Shown: one piece after another, positions 27,190 through 40,190 of the stretch
Position numbering within the stretch: position 1 is the stretch's first letter
How the letters are laid out: each line of letters opens with the position of its first letter
Assembly: GCA_965287045.1 (NCBI GenBank)
Contig: OZ336895.1
Coordinates: 22,692,001-22,756,000, forward strand
Reading direction: 5' to 3'
Length of the DNA stretch: 64,000 bases
DNA from: Carcharhinus amblyrhynchos
Lineage: Eukaryota
Translations under genes and position numbers: made by a program
Notes under the pieces: model-generated
Databases searched by the model: none
What the model was told of the DNA's origin: nothing
What the model saw: the letters and a program-made list of their open reading frames with translations, nothing else

Positions 27190-28310
27190 CATTAATATAT
27201 TACAATGTCCCAAGGTGCTTCACAGGAATGATGCTGAACAAAATGTGACACTACTCACATAAAATGATATTCGGGGCGATGATTAAAAGCTCAGTCAAAG
27301 AGATAGGTCCAAGAAATGCTTTAAAGGAGGAAAAAGAGGAAAAGAGGTGGAGAGGCTTATGGAAGGAATTCCAAAACCTAGGGTCATGGCATGTGAAGGC
27401 AAGACCACTAATAAAGGAGTGATTAAAACTGGAATGCTTAAGAAGTCCAAGATTTGAAAACTGCATACATCTTGGTGAGTTTTGGGACTGGGCGAGATTA
27501 AAAGAATGATGAGCGGTGAGATAGATAAGGGCAGATGGTAATGTCACTGGACTAGTAATCCAGAGGCCCAGGATAATGCTCAAAACCCATCACACTAGCT
27601 GCTAGAATTTAAATTCAGTTCATAAATCGGGAATATAGTTTGTCATGACAATGTCGATTGTTATGAAAACCCACTGATGTCCCTTAGGAGAAGGAAATCT
27701 GCCATCTTAACCTGGAGTGGCCTACATGGGTCTCCTGACCCATAGACCATAGTAAAGTGGTTGACACTTCTGTACCCCCTAAAATGGTGTAGCAAGCCAC
27801 TGAGCGGTTCCACAGGGGGAAGGCCAGCAGGACCGGCAGGCCATGCAAATTGCCATTGACTAATGCAGGACTGGAAGATCCCACTGGCAAGCCATTGAAA
27901 ACCTGCCGCTGCAGGGCTAGAAAATTCCAGCCACTCAGTTCAAGGGCAGTCAGGGATTGGCAACAAGTGCTGGCCTTGCCAGTGATGCCAACATCGCATG
28001 AAAAAATAAAGAATTTGAAAGTAGGGATGAGAATTTTAAAAATCGAAGCACTGCTTGATCTGGAGCCAAAGTAGGTCAGTGAACATAAAGGCAACGGGTG
28101 AACAGGACTTGGTGAGAGTTAAGACTGGAAGCAGAGTTTTGGATGACTCTGCATTTACGGAGGTAGAAGGAGGAAGGCCTACCAACAGTGCATTGGAATA
28201 TTCAAGTGTATGGGTAGCAAAGACATGGATGAGTGTTTCAGCAGATGAGTTGAGGCAGGGGCGGAGTCATGCAACATTACAGAGTTGAAATAAGTGGCCT
28301 TAGTGATATG
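27190..28310 (-). mobile_element. Old L2-like LINE fragment with nested SINE and MITE piece (similar L2 3' pieces at ~51620-52070 + and 54860-55215 +)
   Basis: Minus ORF remnant FTCHDPRFWNSFHKPLHL..SFSSFKAFL, the L2 ORF2 end APxLWNSLP..SLSSFKxxLK. Confidence 0.65.
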
Positions 28311-28430
28311 TATTCCTGTATTACATAGCAGAAAAACAACAGGAGCACAAAGCAATAAGATGATCTGGAACCATCTGCCAGATATGGAGTAGAGCAACTG
28401 GAGGCAGCACAGTGCACTTCTCTCATCTCC

Positions 28431-29303
28431 GTTGGATTATTGTATTGTGCACATGTATCTAAATATTAATTGAAAAGAAAGTTTAAGTTTTGAGGAAATG
28501 TACAGTAAATATGAGAATGGTTAAGTAGTCTCTGATATGGGGTTATGAATTTAAACGCTTGTTTTAGAAGGGATAAAATTCCTGGACGAAATGTTTGCTT
28601 TTATAAAGAGATTAAGTAGTTTAAGGAATTAAAATGTAATGAATGAGATTTTTAAAAAAGTTATCAAAAGACACTTAGAACTTTATTTCATTTCATCTCA
28701 GCATGGCTCCTGTGGTTTCCCAATTGTCGATACTGGGTGGGGGTTAGCACGGAAAGTATATGGGGAAAGAACGGTTGGTGGGTTCATGGGTTGGCATAGG
28801 GTTATAAAGGGTGAAAGGAGTAGGTAGAGGTTCATACGTTGGAATATGACAGTCCATGGGGAGTGAGTAGACATGAGGTAGTACAGATCGGGCAAAGGAT
28901 TATGAGGGCTGAGGGCTGTATTTTGTTTTATTATTTTTCTTGCATGTCCCAGAGCACCAAGGCTGGCCTTTCACATAGCCTGTTTCTGCATCTAGCTGCC
29001 CTTGTGGGTGCCTCTGCACTGTTTCCAGGCCAAGTGGGGCCAATTCCTGACCCCCAGAATGAAAATTAGAACATCCAGAGCACTTCCTCCCAAGTCGAGT
29101 TTGTCGAGTTGGGGATTGTCCGGATTTTGCACTCCTGGCTAGAAAGCAAAAATTCAGCCCCAGGTTACACATTTGCAACCAGAAAAATACTTCAAAGAAT
29201 TTGCTCTTGTTAAATATTCTCATATTTATTGTACATTTCCTCAAAACTTAAACCTTCTCTTCAACTGATATTTAGATACATGTGTACAGTACAGTAATCA
29301 AAC
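28431..29303. repeat. 93-bp inverted repeat (28431-28523 vs 29211-29303), 11 mismatches
   Basis: gttggattattgtattgtgcacatgtatctaaatat...atgagaat vs reverse complement gtttgattactgtactgtacacatgtatctaaatat...atgagaat; no gaps. Confidence 0.9.
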
Positions 29304-30582
29304 TTCAGTGAATGGAAAGGAAAGTTAGGTCGGGTATAAATGAGACTATTGAACTATCACCCAGTGTTTTCCAATGTCCACATTGGATTTTACCCTATGT
29401 GTTGCATAGTCCTTGAAATATGTTGGAAGTAAAGATTCTTTGATGTTTTACAAAGTGTCTGGAGTAATGACCTTTGGAAATTACACCAGAAAGTTACTGT
29501 GTTTCTGGTTCACTGCCTAATAATTACCTAACATATATGATTATATTTTTCACAAATTTTTGCTAAAAATTGTGCACATAGCACAAAACTAATTAGGCTT
29601 GAGTAACAATCTTTTACATGTCCTAAAATAGGATGGTTAAGGCACCTCAGATTGCCTGTAGTCCAGCTGCTAGTCAATTCCAAATGTGTTAAACACACCC
29701 ATTCGGACGAACAGTGAATCAGTATTCACAAGGCATAGTTCAAGTTTTATACCATTGCTAGGTTCAAATTGATTCTAGCAAGCCAGCATCCATGAGTCAG
29801 ATTGTTGCATTTCCATTGATCAAACTGACTCTTTCTTTCCTGGCATAAACTGGTAGGTTTGTGGAAATCTCTATCCCCAGAACAAGTAAATAGGATTTCA
29901 GACAGGGATTCGACACACAAAGACTAGAATGCAAACACAGGATGTGGCTGCACAAGTACAGCTTCAGAGCCTGGCGTTTAAATATTTACTTGCTTTTGGA
30001 CTAAGAAACAATGTTGTTCAAGGTAAATAAGTCCATTATTTCTAACAGGCTCATAAATAACCCCATAAAAGAGCATTACCATTCAAATATTTTGGCTTAA
30101 GGCTCCATTGTTAAAAGAAATTTCAGCATCCAATCTGCATGAATTGATAAGTCATGACATCCAAAGTAAAATGGTGATGGGGACAAAAGAGACATGGAAG
30201 GAGACCATTAGGACTCACAAAAAAGTAATCCAAAATTATCTTTTGTTAGCATTTTCAATACCGAGGTTAGATATGTAACAGTTGTTAGTTTGATGTGTGA
30301 TTGCTTTCAACTTGCAGTAAGCAAAGCAGAAACAGCCATTTTAATAAAATTCTCTTCTCTTTAGCGTGATTTATAAATTTATTTTGGAATATTGATGAAT
30401 ACACTAGCACCAAACTTTACAGCCAACGGTGGGGTGTGTGTGACAAATGGACTGGCTATTTATTTCAGAATTTGAGTATCTCGGTCAACTTGCAAATGTT
30501 AAAGTTTACAATTAATGCTACATCTCAGGGCCCACTTGGTAGCTCCATGCGTAATATACTGTGTACTGACTGAAAGAGACTA

Positions 30583-30775
30583 TGATGTGGCGATGCTGGC
30601 ATTGTACTGGGGTAGGCACAGTAAGAAGTCTCACAACACCAGGTTAAAGTCCAACAGGTTTATTTGGAATCATGAGCTTTCGGAGCGCTGCTCACCTGAT
30701 GAAGGAGCAGTGCTCCGAAAGCTTGCGGTTCCAAATAAACCTGTTGGACTTTAACCTGGTGCTGTGAGACTTCTT
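30583..30775 (+). mobile_element. Palindromic Penelope-type non-autonomous element with 14-bp TSD
   Basis: Arms cagtaagaagtctcacaacaccaggttaaagtccaacaggtttatttggaa and their reverse complement; TSD actgaaagagacta at 30569-30582 and 30776-30789. Confidence 0.85.
30693..30727 (+). ncRNA. Minimal type I hammerhead ribozyme motif (intact core)
   Basis: CAC-CTGATGA-a-GGAGCagtGCTCC-GAAA-GCTT-GCG: CUGAUGA and GAAA core, stem II, palindromic AGCT stem III, as in Penelope-like-element hammerheads. Confidence 0.7.
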
Positions 30776-31943
30776 ACTGAAAGAGACTACTTCAAGATGC
30801 AGAATGCTTAACTGCATTGGTGGAATTGTTATCGCTGCTTCCAGATGACAACCAAAGAAAGTGGCTGCTACATTCTGCAATTCTATTACAGGAGAGGAAA
30901 AATAAAGAATGGAATAGCCATCAATTATTTCCAGAAAATCATTAAGTGGATATTCTGGAGGAAATCATAACTATGATGCACAAAAGGTGGTCAGGTGCTC
31001 CACTGCAAATATTTGTTAGTAGAACAATGGCCTAGATTCTTCAGCTGCAATGACAGTGAATCTATCAGTGGTCGCCACCACTAATTTTGCAAAATTGACA
31101 GCAACTTCTGCATAATTTTAGTTAAACATCAAAATGCCCAAGTTGCTGTCAGTGATTCCTCATTCATGCACAGTGTGCTGTTGAAGTCCTTGTGAATGGA
31201 TATCAATTGGAAATCATTGAATGATATGAAGTTTCACCTTTTATGCTTTAACACTCACTGTAAAATCACTGAAAACAATAAATGTTGTTAAATGAGGTGT
31301 AACTAAGTCTTTAATAATATACTAAGCCATGATTACTGTTTAACAACCTCATTGGCCTTGAGGATCTAATTTTATGCTATGTAATGTCCTATTTCTCAAG
31401 ACCACGAAAAAAGTTTGATAGGTTTTTAAATATTTTTAAAAAAACGGAAATCTATTTTGTTTCAGCTTCCAGCTTAATCCCAAGTGTATGCACCAATCTT
31501 TATTCTCCTTTCGGAAAAGTTGTAAAAAATGAATGATGAATTTGTCTTTTTTTTTACTGGTTTGCTGTCTATGACAATTCCGCAATGTGATTGGCTGCAT
31601 AGCCAACCTGATGTTGTTGGATGTCAGGGAGCCCTGACAGCTGGTGCAATGATGAAATTAGTGTTGGAATTGGTGAAATCCATTCCACAGGGCTTGCCAA
31701 ACTACTGTGGGCATCTTTTTTGGATTCATTGGTGGACACTTTCACCATGTCTCTGACTGTAAAATTTGGCCCAATAATTTTAGACCTTTATTCCCTCTAT
31801 GGACATTTAGTAAAAGCAGACTAGCTGGGGGATTGACTCAGTCAAAAATGTTTACAGTTACACAAACTAGAGCATATGACAGGGCTCTTTGCTATCAAGA
31901 GTCTAGATTTCTGACAGTGACTTTGGCAAAGCTGTTTTCTTAC

Positions 31944-32072
31944 CGCTGTGCACAGCGATCACGGGACGGTGGTGCTGTGTGAAGCTACTCAATCGTGAAG
32001 AGGAGTCCTGTGGAGATGGGCTGTTAAATGGAGATTTGTCCATCTCAGTCTTCTTCACTGTAGGGGAGATAC
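31944..32072 (-). CDS. NFIC: NFIC coding exon (equivalent to human exon 7), 129 nt
   Basis: cctgttag|GT ATC TCC...CAC AGC G|gtaaga, encoding (G)[42 protein letters not shown](G). In phase with both neighbouring exons. Confidence 0.97.
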
Positions 32073-33989
32073 CTAACAGGAGATACAAGCAGCACAGGTG
32101 TCAATGCCTTACATTCATTCAATCCTTTTTTCACTCGGGTTCCCCTCTGCTGGTGAAGCAGAAAAAAAACCTCACAATGCTGCAGGATTATCTACAGCAA
32201 CAGCTGTAAAATGGATGTTTAGGTAGTGAATAATTACAACAGATTAATCCAGTTCTTGAATAGGAGGCGATGGAGGTGGAAGCCAGCAGGGGGTGGAGGG
32301 TTGCCCTACTTAGTAAAAGTCTATTAACATTAGGAAACTGGAAAGAAGCAATTAGAAAGTCAATAATGAATTTCCATTCAGTTTGCAATATGTGAAGAGG
32401 GTTTTGTTCACAAGATAAAAGCACATTCATTTGTAATGTTGAAAATGCTAAAGTACAATTAAGGAATTACCTGAAGTGTTTCATTTGAGGTATTCTTTAG
32501 TTGTAGACTTATTATCTATTACATTTTGCTCTGAAAAATAATTTGCAGTCTTCAACTCTAATGATTATTATAACTGCTTCCCTCGTGCCAAAGTAATTTA
32601 ATGATCTCAGGATGCCATGCCTGCCTATGTCCTGAAGGTAGTCAAAGAATTTTTATACAAAGCAAAGCTAAGGAGTGCAATTTTTACTTTTGTTTAATCA
32701 TTAATCAAAAGGCGGCCTTTGGAAACAAAGGCTGGAACTCCTGTTTTAAATAAGTTGCGCCAATTTTTTAACTGTTCATAGGGAAGTCACAATTCACCCT
32801 ATGCACATACATTTCAAAACCAAAAAAAAATTTTGTTTTCTTATCCTCAGTCCCTCAAAACCTCCTGGAGGATAGGGCTGTGACATACCAAATTGAAATA
32901 TCTGCTCACTCCTCAGAAATAATGTGCATACATTTCAGATTTAGGAAAACCCAAGCCTCAATGGGCACATAATTAGCTTCTCCAGTTGACAAAGGAACAA
33001 CATAAATTGCTTTTGGCCATACTGGCAAATGGCTTAGCCACACACTGTCTACAGTTTGTTACAAATAGAACAGGCATCAAATTTATCAACTGCAAGAGGC
33101 CATTGGTGCATATTGGAGATGCTCTCTGTTTCATTAGCGATCTCACTGGTAAAGTTAACTGTGCATGGTGTTGTCAGAATTTTAATCATCATATAAAAAG
33201 TATACAAATCACACAAATGATCAACATTTGAGCACAGAATCTGGATCACACCCAAAACAAAGAATGATCTACATGCAACGCACCTGCGAAGCACAGTGCA
33301 GTTGAATTTCATTGTTTTAAATTTGACATGCAATGCTTCTATTCACATTTATTTTCTCATATGTGGTTGCATCTGTGGAGTGGAAAAGTAGGTCAAGATG
33401 TCAGCAAGTGAAGGTCATCACTTACTTAAAATACATGATCCACTTTCTAAATTGTGGAATGTTAACAGATTACTGATATTGTCTCCAGCCCTCCAATCAC
33501 AGCTAATTTTTCTCCTCACAGCTTGTTCTGACTATTTCTTTATAAAGAAGCACTGGAAACTCCCTTTCCGGGCTCTCCTCATTGGTCGTTATAGATGGAG
33601 GATAAATGGATATGCTATTTATCTGTTTTACCCATCAGAGTTACAGCAGCCATTTGGGTGATCTCGCCCCCATACTTCCCGCCTAGCGACCCTAAGAAAT
33701 TACTGATGGTAATCTTTTAGGTAACCAAAAAGAAAAGATGACAAGGAATGACAGATTGTGGTTGTGGGTTTCACAGTGAGAACGTAAGGATTTCTGGTTG
33801 ATCTGTCATGGAATGCCTTTAGAACATTGCTCAGCTTGTGTGAGGGGTAAAACTGCAAATATGCACTGTCAGTGTTCAGTTATCATAAAACTACATAGAA
33901 TATTCCATTCCCTTCCCACATCTATTGGTGCACATAAGGCAAATCTTTGTCTATTTTCAAAGCTCATGATGCCTAATTCCGTAATTCAC

Positions 33990-34236
33990 GTGGTTACTAA
34001 TCTGTCACCAGGACTTAAAGCTTAAGGGGTGCCATTCCACATTAAGCGTGGTTGACCAAAAGTCTCTCCCACTCTTATCAACTAACAATGGCATGTTGGA
34101 AAGATCTGAAAGTTGACACTCAACCGGTCTGACCGAGTTATGAACGCACCTTCCTTGGCCATCAAGTTCTAGGGTGGGATTCAACTCCCTAGCTTTTGGC
34201 TCAAAGGCAGTGATGCTACCTACTATGCCACAAGAC
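33990..34236 (-). mobile_element. tRNA-headed SINE, another family
   Basis: Reverse complement gtggcatagtaggtagc...gagttgaatccc A/B-box-like head. Confidence 0.55.
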
Positions 34237-34593
34237 AATCAAAAACACTAATAGGAAGTTGAATTGTGTGGAGAACAGAATGGTCCATAACTTCCTGCCT
34301 CCCAGTGTCAGATTTGGGAGGTACCCCAATGATAGCGAATCACCCTAGGAAGTTCTGTTGGAAGGGTTTACGCAGCAATTCTCTAGCAGGACTAACTTAC
34401 CCTGGACAATTGCACTGCACTGGGAACCATCTGACAAAGTGATCTAAATCACTAACTCTGGATGGCTCTGCCAGTTTTATCTTCATAGTTGTCGTGAAAG
34501 AGTTAGTAGGAGAAAAAGACACTTCAACTTCAGAGTAACTATTTTAAACACCAGACCTGTGTAATTTTCATCCCATTGAAATCATAGATGGAA

Positions 34594-34708
34594 AAATCAG
34601 GCAGTCTTTACAATGGCTGAACGATATGTTCAGTGTTTAATGATAGTCAGGCAAATCAGGCAATCTTTACAATGGCTGACCAATGTACTCAGCGTATAGT
34701 GATAGTCT
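34594..34708 (+). repeat. Tandem duplication, 59-bp unit x2
   Basis: aaatcaggca(g/a)tctttacaatggctga...tgatagtc repeated. Confidence 0.85.
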
Positions 34709-35433
34709 ATTTAAAAACAAATCTGTTTAAGTTTATCACAAGGTACCTTACCCAAGCTGTTCCTGTAAATGTAGTATCCAACTTTACAATAGCTCTTTCT
34801 TGCCTGGCAACAAATGTCACAGTGACAAAAGTTATGGTTCACTATCATTTCTACCACCTTACCCTAGAGACAGATATAAATTTCAAAGAACAGCCTGGCT
34901 GGGTTAAAATGCACTTATGCAATTATTTCTTTGAAACGAATAAATAAATGACAAATAATTTTGCAGAATGCCCTCCAGAGGAAAGGCAATCTGGATCTAA
35001 ATGCTTGCAACTTTCTCTAGGCAATCAGATGGCACATGAATCACAGGACTCAAATACAAATAACTGATCCCTCCAAGACTACTTGCCTGAAGCTCGTTTT
35101 ATTACCTGTATTAATGTATAAATGCTACTTATGTTGACCCTGTCAACATAGATCTACAGAACATGGTGAAATAAAGGAGTTTCTTAGTGTACTTCTGTAC
35201 TGATTTGGCGCAATTCCATCCACAGCAATGGACCACACAAAGCTTACTACACTAACAACTGCAGCTACAAAGCAAGTTTTATGGTTTGCAGGCCATTAAG
35301 CAGCTTTAGAGGCAGGAGATCATAAACAGTACTTAGACCACAGTCTTGTGTATTTAACCACGTACAACAAGATGTTTAACATCTCTCAACTATATATAAA
35401 AATTTCAATATAAAGGAGATGCTTTGTCAAAGT

Positions 35434-35869
35434 GGAGTTGTGGCCGAGTGGTTACGGTGATGGATTCAAAATCCGTTGGGATTTGTTGAGGAGAAATTTC
35501 TTCACCCAGATAGTCATAAGAATTTACTACGACAGAAAGAAGTGAAGGGCAAAACACTGTCTGTACAGGATTAAGGGAAAAAGGGCTTGGGTGGGATTGT
35601 TGTCAGTGCAGGCTTGCTGGGTTGAATGGCCTCTTTCAGTGCTGTGAGGATTCTATGATCCTATGTTTTCAAGAAGGGGTTAGACAGAGCTCTTGGGGCA
35701 AAGGGGATCAAAGGACATGGGAGGGAGACGGGATCAGGCTATTGAGTTGATGAACAGCCATGATCATAATGAATGATGAAGCACGTTCAAAGGGCTGAAT
35801 GGCCTGCTCCTACTTCTATTTTCCATGCTGGGGCTTCCCCCAATGCAGGTTTGATCCCTGCAGACTAGG
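35434..35869 (+). pseudogene. tRNA-Ser pseudogene split into 5' half (35434-35480) and 3' half (35829-35869) by a CR1 insertion
   Basis: ggagttgtggccgagtggttacggtgatggattcaaaatccgttggg ... ggggcttcccccaatgcaggtttgatccctgcagactagg follows vertebrate tRNA-Ser GTAGTCGTGGCCGAGTGGTTAAGGCGATGGACTNNNAATCCATTGGGGTTTCCCCGCGCAGGTTCGAATCCTGCCGACTACG. Confidence 0.8.
35481..35826 (+). mobile_element. CR1 LINE 3' fragment with nested HE1-type SINE tail (~35565-35665)
   Basis: gaggagaaatttcttcacccaga...cagccatgatcataatgaatg...gggctgaatggcct CR1 3' end; internal gggtgggattgttgtcagtgcagg...ggattctatga is the same tail as the HE1 copies. Confidence 0.8.
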
Positions 35870-35957
35870 TTCTCATCATTACTGATTTTAAATAATTGCC
35901 TGCAGAATTAGTTATCAATGAAATGAAATAAGAACCTTCCAAACAATCCTGCATTTG

Positions 35958-36345
35958 AGGGAGATGGTGGTATAGTGGTAACCTGATGGAACCTGTCATC
36001 CAGAGACCCAGGCTGATGTTCTGGGAACAGAGGATTCAAGTCCCACTAACTAATAAATCTGGAATGGAAAGATGGCAACAGTGATGGTGGCCATGAAACT
36101 ATTGTCGTAAAAACCCATCAGGTTCACTAATGTCTTTTTTGGGTGAGAAAATCTGCCATACTTACCTTGTCAGGCCTACATGTGACTCCATGTCCACAGC
36201 AATGTGGCTCATTCTTAACTGCCCTTTGACATGGCCAACAAGCCACTCAGTTCAAGGGTGATGAGGGATGGGCAACAAATGCTGGCCTTGTCAGCTGGCC
36301 TTGCCAGTCTTGCCACCTTGCATATCCCAAAACTGTCCAAGAAAA
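35958..36345 (+). mobile_element. tRNA-headed SINE, same family as 760-1120
   Basis: gagggagatggtggtatagtgg...aaaacccatcaggttcactaatgtc...gggcaacaaatgctggcc. Confidence 0.8.
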
Positions 36346-38789
36346 AAAGTCTCAAATAATTTACTACATTCTGTGCCTTCATTCATGATTGTAACACTTA
36401 AAACAACAAATATTGGAAGATCTGTTATTGTGAGATATCTTGGAATAAATCTCATTGCGTGACTTGTAACACGGTCAGTGGAGGTGGGAACTCCTGTGAA
36501 GGGAAATCAGGGTGAGGTGTAGCAAGTGAAACAAATAAGAGTGCAAATCATTGATGTAATCAACATCATTTACATTAAGAGTTCCCTTCTACTGAAATCA
36601 CTGGGACATTGGAACTAGGGTGAGAGGTGGAATTATAAACAGTCCAGCATAACGTAGAAGGCGGATTTTTACCATTTTCGAACATTTAATGGAATTGCCA
36701 ATCAATGTAGTTCCCTCTAGCTCAATGGTATCAGTTGGCCACACAGTGCTATAATCTTATGAGGCAGGTTCCCGAGGAGGTCTCATCAGAGGGTCTGCAT
36801 TGCTGGCAGACTCATTGGGAAAAAGTAGCACTGCTAACACATGAGGAGATCATAAGGGTACCCCAAAATAGAGGCAGAATCTTGTAAAAGATAGCTTGTG
36901 GCTGTGGTTTTGACATTATCATCCCAGATGTCCCCTGCTGAGTTGATTTAGGAGACGTACTTGTCAACCAGGCATCGCCTGCATTTACCTGCTGGGTTTC
37001 ACTCTCACTGACAGATTGTGTGTGTGTGTGTGTGGGGGCAGGGAGGATAATTGGGATAATCCTGCTGGCAACATGACCATGGGCCATCAATGGGCCTAAC
37101 TGCCTAACCACTGCTCCCGCATTAACTTTGCCTTTGGCAAATTGCTCAGAGGCAGAATTGTATTTGGTAATTGACCCAATGCACTAATTCTCAAGTTTCC
37201 TCCTGATCCAGCCTCTCACCCACCTTCAGGGGCTAGGAAAATTCTACCCTTCTAAAGAGCAGTCATGTTCTGGGGATGCAAATGTAAGACTCATGCAACA
37301 AGATACATAGTTTTCTTAACTAAATCAAAGTTTGGGGGTTTTTTTGTACCACATATGTCTTCAGCAGTAGTATGTCTTTGGTGGAGAGACACAACATTTG
37401 GCAACCAAATGATTTTGATGATAATGTCAAGACAATACCAATCAAAAATGAACTGAATTATGTTACCGTTAATAAAAAGTTGCATGAATGAAATGCATAT
37501 GTACTAGAGACGAGCACAGACAAAAATAAGAGTTTTAAACCAGAACAGCTGCTCAGGGGCTATTAATAATGACTGCAGTTTGTGGTGGCTTATAAGAGAC
37601 ATCCATCATGTAATGCCAGGCCTAAATGACTGCAGAGGTTAGGAGCTATCAAGCCTGATGCCACTTCGCAAGATACTTAATTGCAAATTGCTATTCAGAG
37701 AATCTTGTTTGCTTGTTTAATTTTAAATCTGCAACAAAAAAGGCCACAAAATTGAAATATCAGCATATTCGTGCACGCAACACATCCATCTGGGTCTCTG
37801 TGTGCAAATGAAATGTCAGATGGTTTAGATACTCCCAATACTGTCCAGCCACAAAGAGCTACCATACTAATTCAGCTCTTCAGCTGCATGTTAAAACTAC
37901 AGTAAATTAGAATTCCACCGGAATATTGGTGGTGTGATTTTTGTACCAAACTGTGGAAAGTCAGGGACAAGAATTTAATATGATGCCAGCAGAATTTTAT
38001 GCAAATCCATGGGCAGCATCTCACTGTCCCAGTGCCAATAATTACGTAAATTTAATATGTAGGAGGGAGCTTGTCTTTTCCTATGCTGGGCCACAAAACA
38101 GTATTTATTTGACCATCAATGGGATGGAGGGGATAGTGCTAATATAACCTTTCAAGGTCATTACCCATGTGAAGTCACTCACTGTTACTCTGTCAAATGT
38201 TCTACAAACCAGCAATGCACGGGGAATGTTCATTTCCATTATGTAGCAAAAACAACACCAATTGGCACAACATTCAGGATAAAATAATGTCAAGGGTTTG
38301 CTCTTGTGAGTCAGTGCTGACTGACAAAGTAGGCGTGTGACACAAAGATTTTCCACCAATTGAGACAACTTTACAGTTATTTAAAAACTATTCACGTACA
38401 CACATTGTACAGCAAGCTACATGTTTCAGGAGCAATTTACACATGTAATTCTTGCCGTATATGTTCATTTGTTCTAGTATCTCCTTATCTTACTTACTTT
38501 GTTTGGTAATGCACTGTGAAGCACTTTGAGACATTTCACTATGTTAAAGGTACCAAATGAATGCAAGTTGCTGTTAATACCTGTTAGGGTGAGAGTAAGA
38601 GTGATGGAACATGCATGTGACACAAGATTCATGCTCACAAACAATGGGAACAAATAATGCATGCATACTGTCAGGCCAGCAAGCCAGAAAATATTAATGG
38701 AGGGATGACTGGCAGAAGTAATCTATGCCCAATTTTTCTTAGTATTTTTTTATCCACATCGAACCAGTATATTACTGGTAAAAGATAAT

Positions 38790-38924
38790 GGCTGGAATTT
38801 TCTAGCCATTCATGCCCTGCTATTGCAACAACTGAGGACGGAGAATTCAGCGCTCAGCCAAATTTCCGTTTACTACAGCGAACCAGAGAATCCCGCTGGC
38901 ATGAACGGTGAGAAAATTCTGGCC
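38790..38924. mobile_element. 135-bp MITE, 3-bp TSD (PIF/Harbinger-like)
   Basis: TIRs ggctggaattttct / agaaaattctggcc; TSD aat on both sides; sub-terminal attcatgcc / ggcatgaa. Related GGGCNGAATTTT-type ends occur at ~1430, 27930, 29160, 31030-31772, 37248, 50290, 62452-62581. Confidence 0.75.
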
Positions 38925-39404
38925 AATATCTTTACATTTACAATATTCCTAGGAATGTCATTAATGATTATTAAGAACAGCCTGAGCTCTCTGATTGATA
39001 ACCTCAGCTTGTCTCCACCAGTCAATTTGAACTATAATCATTGGTAACTACAGCCTGTCACTTATTATTTTTCTAGCCAGTTAATAACAACAACTGCCTT
39101 GACCCTCCAAGCTTTCCTTTGTCAAATGAAAGACCTTATCAAATGATTTCTAAATGTCACGATCCATAATATTAGTGCCATTATCAATTCAGCAAGTCTT
39201 CTACATCCTCAAGGAATTCTAATGAAATAATGAGGCACCTTTTCGAACCTTCACGTTGGATTTATTCAGGTGGAGTTTCCACATTGGATACAACTGGTGA
39301 TTCAGGAGCAGAATGCATTATCTTTCTGAAATGAAGTTATGGCTAAAGCTCAAATTCATCTGAACAAACGCAAACTTAAAATTGCTCAACATAGACTCAC
39401 AGGG

Positions 39405-40190
39405 GTCATAGAGGTTTACAGCATGGAAACAGGCCCTTTGGCCCAACTTGTCCATGCCACCACTTTTTATAACCCCTAAGCTAGTCCTAATTGCCCGCGT
39501 TGGCCCTTATCCCTCTATGCCCTTCTTACCCATGTATGAAAATTGTGCCTACCCCTACTACTACCTCTGGCAGCTTGTTCCAGACACTCATCACCCTCTG
39601 TGTGAAAAAAATGCCCCTCTGGACCCTTTTGTATCTCTCCCCTCTCACCTTAACGTCCTTTAGTTTTAAACTCTCCTACCTTTGGGAAAAGATTAGGACT
39701 AGAGGGCACAGCCTCAGGATAAAGGGGGGGGGGGCAGTTTAGAACAGAGTTGAGGAGGAACTTCTTCACCCAAAGGGTGGTGAATCTCTGGAATTCTCTG
39801 CCCGTTGAAGTGGTGGAGGCTGCCTCGCTCAATATTTTTAAGACGCGGGTTGATAGGTTTTTGATAGGCAAGGGGATTAAGGGTTATGGGGAGAGGGCGG
39901 GAATGTGGAACTGAGCCACGACAGATCAGCCATGATCTTATTGAATGGCGGGGCAGGCTCGAGGGGCTAGATGGCCTACTCCTGCTCCTATTTCTTATGT
40001 TCTTATGTTCTAAAGATATTGACTATCTAGCTGATCTATGCCCCTTATTATTTTATAGACCTCTATAAGATCACCCCTCAGCCTTCTACATTCCAGAGAA
40101 AAAAGTCCCACTCTATCCAGCCTCTCCTTATAACTCAAACCATCCTGGTATCATCCTACTAAATGTTTTCTGCATTCTTTCTAGTTTAAT
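39405..40190 (-). mobile_element. Older CR1 3' fragment (host of the nested insertion)
   Basis: catggaaacaggccctttggccca...ctctataagatcacccctcagccttcta, a CR1 ORF2/3'UTR signature, resumes after the insert. Confidence 0.85.
39694..40011 (+). mobile_element. Young CR1 3' end, same family as 11528-12123, nested in an older CR1
   Basis: About 90% identical by eye to the reverse complement of 11528-11840; ttcttatg tail; TSD aaagat at 39688-39693 and 40012-40017. Confidence 0.92.

Noticed and set aside
30583-30775. miRNA precursor or DNA-transposon MITE
   Set aside because: The hairpin is explained by inverted Penelope-type arms; variable-length TSDs and single-arm copies argue for retrotransposition.
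35434-35869. Intron-containing or functional tRNA-Leu(CAA)
   Set aside because: Body is Ser-type, the insert is CR1 and not at the canonical intron position, and the T-loop is mutated.
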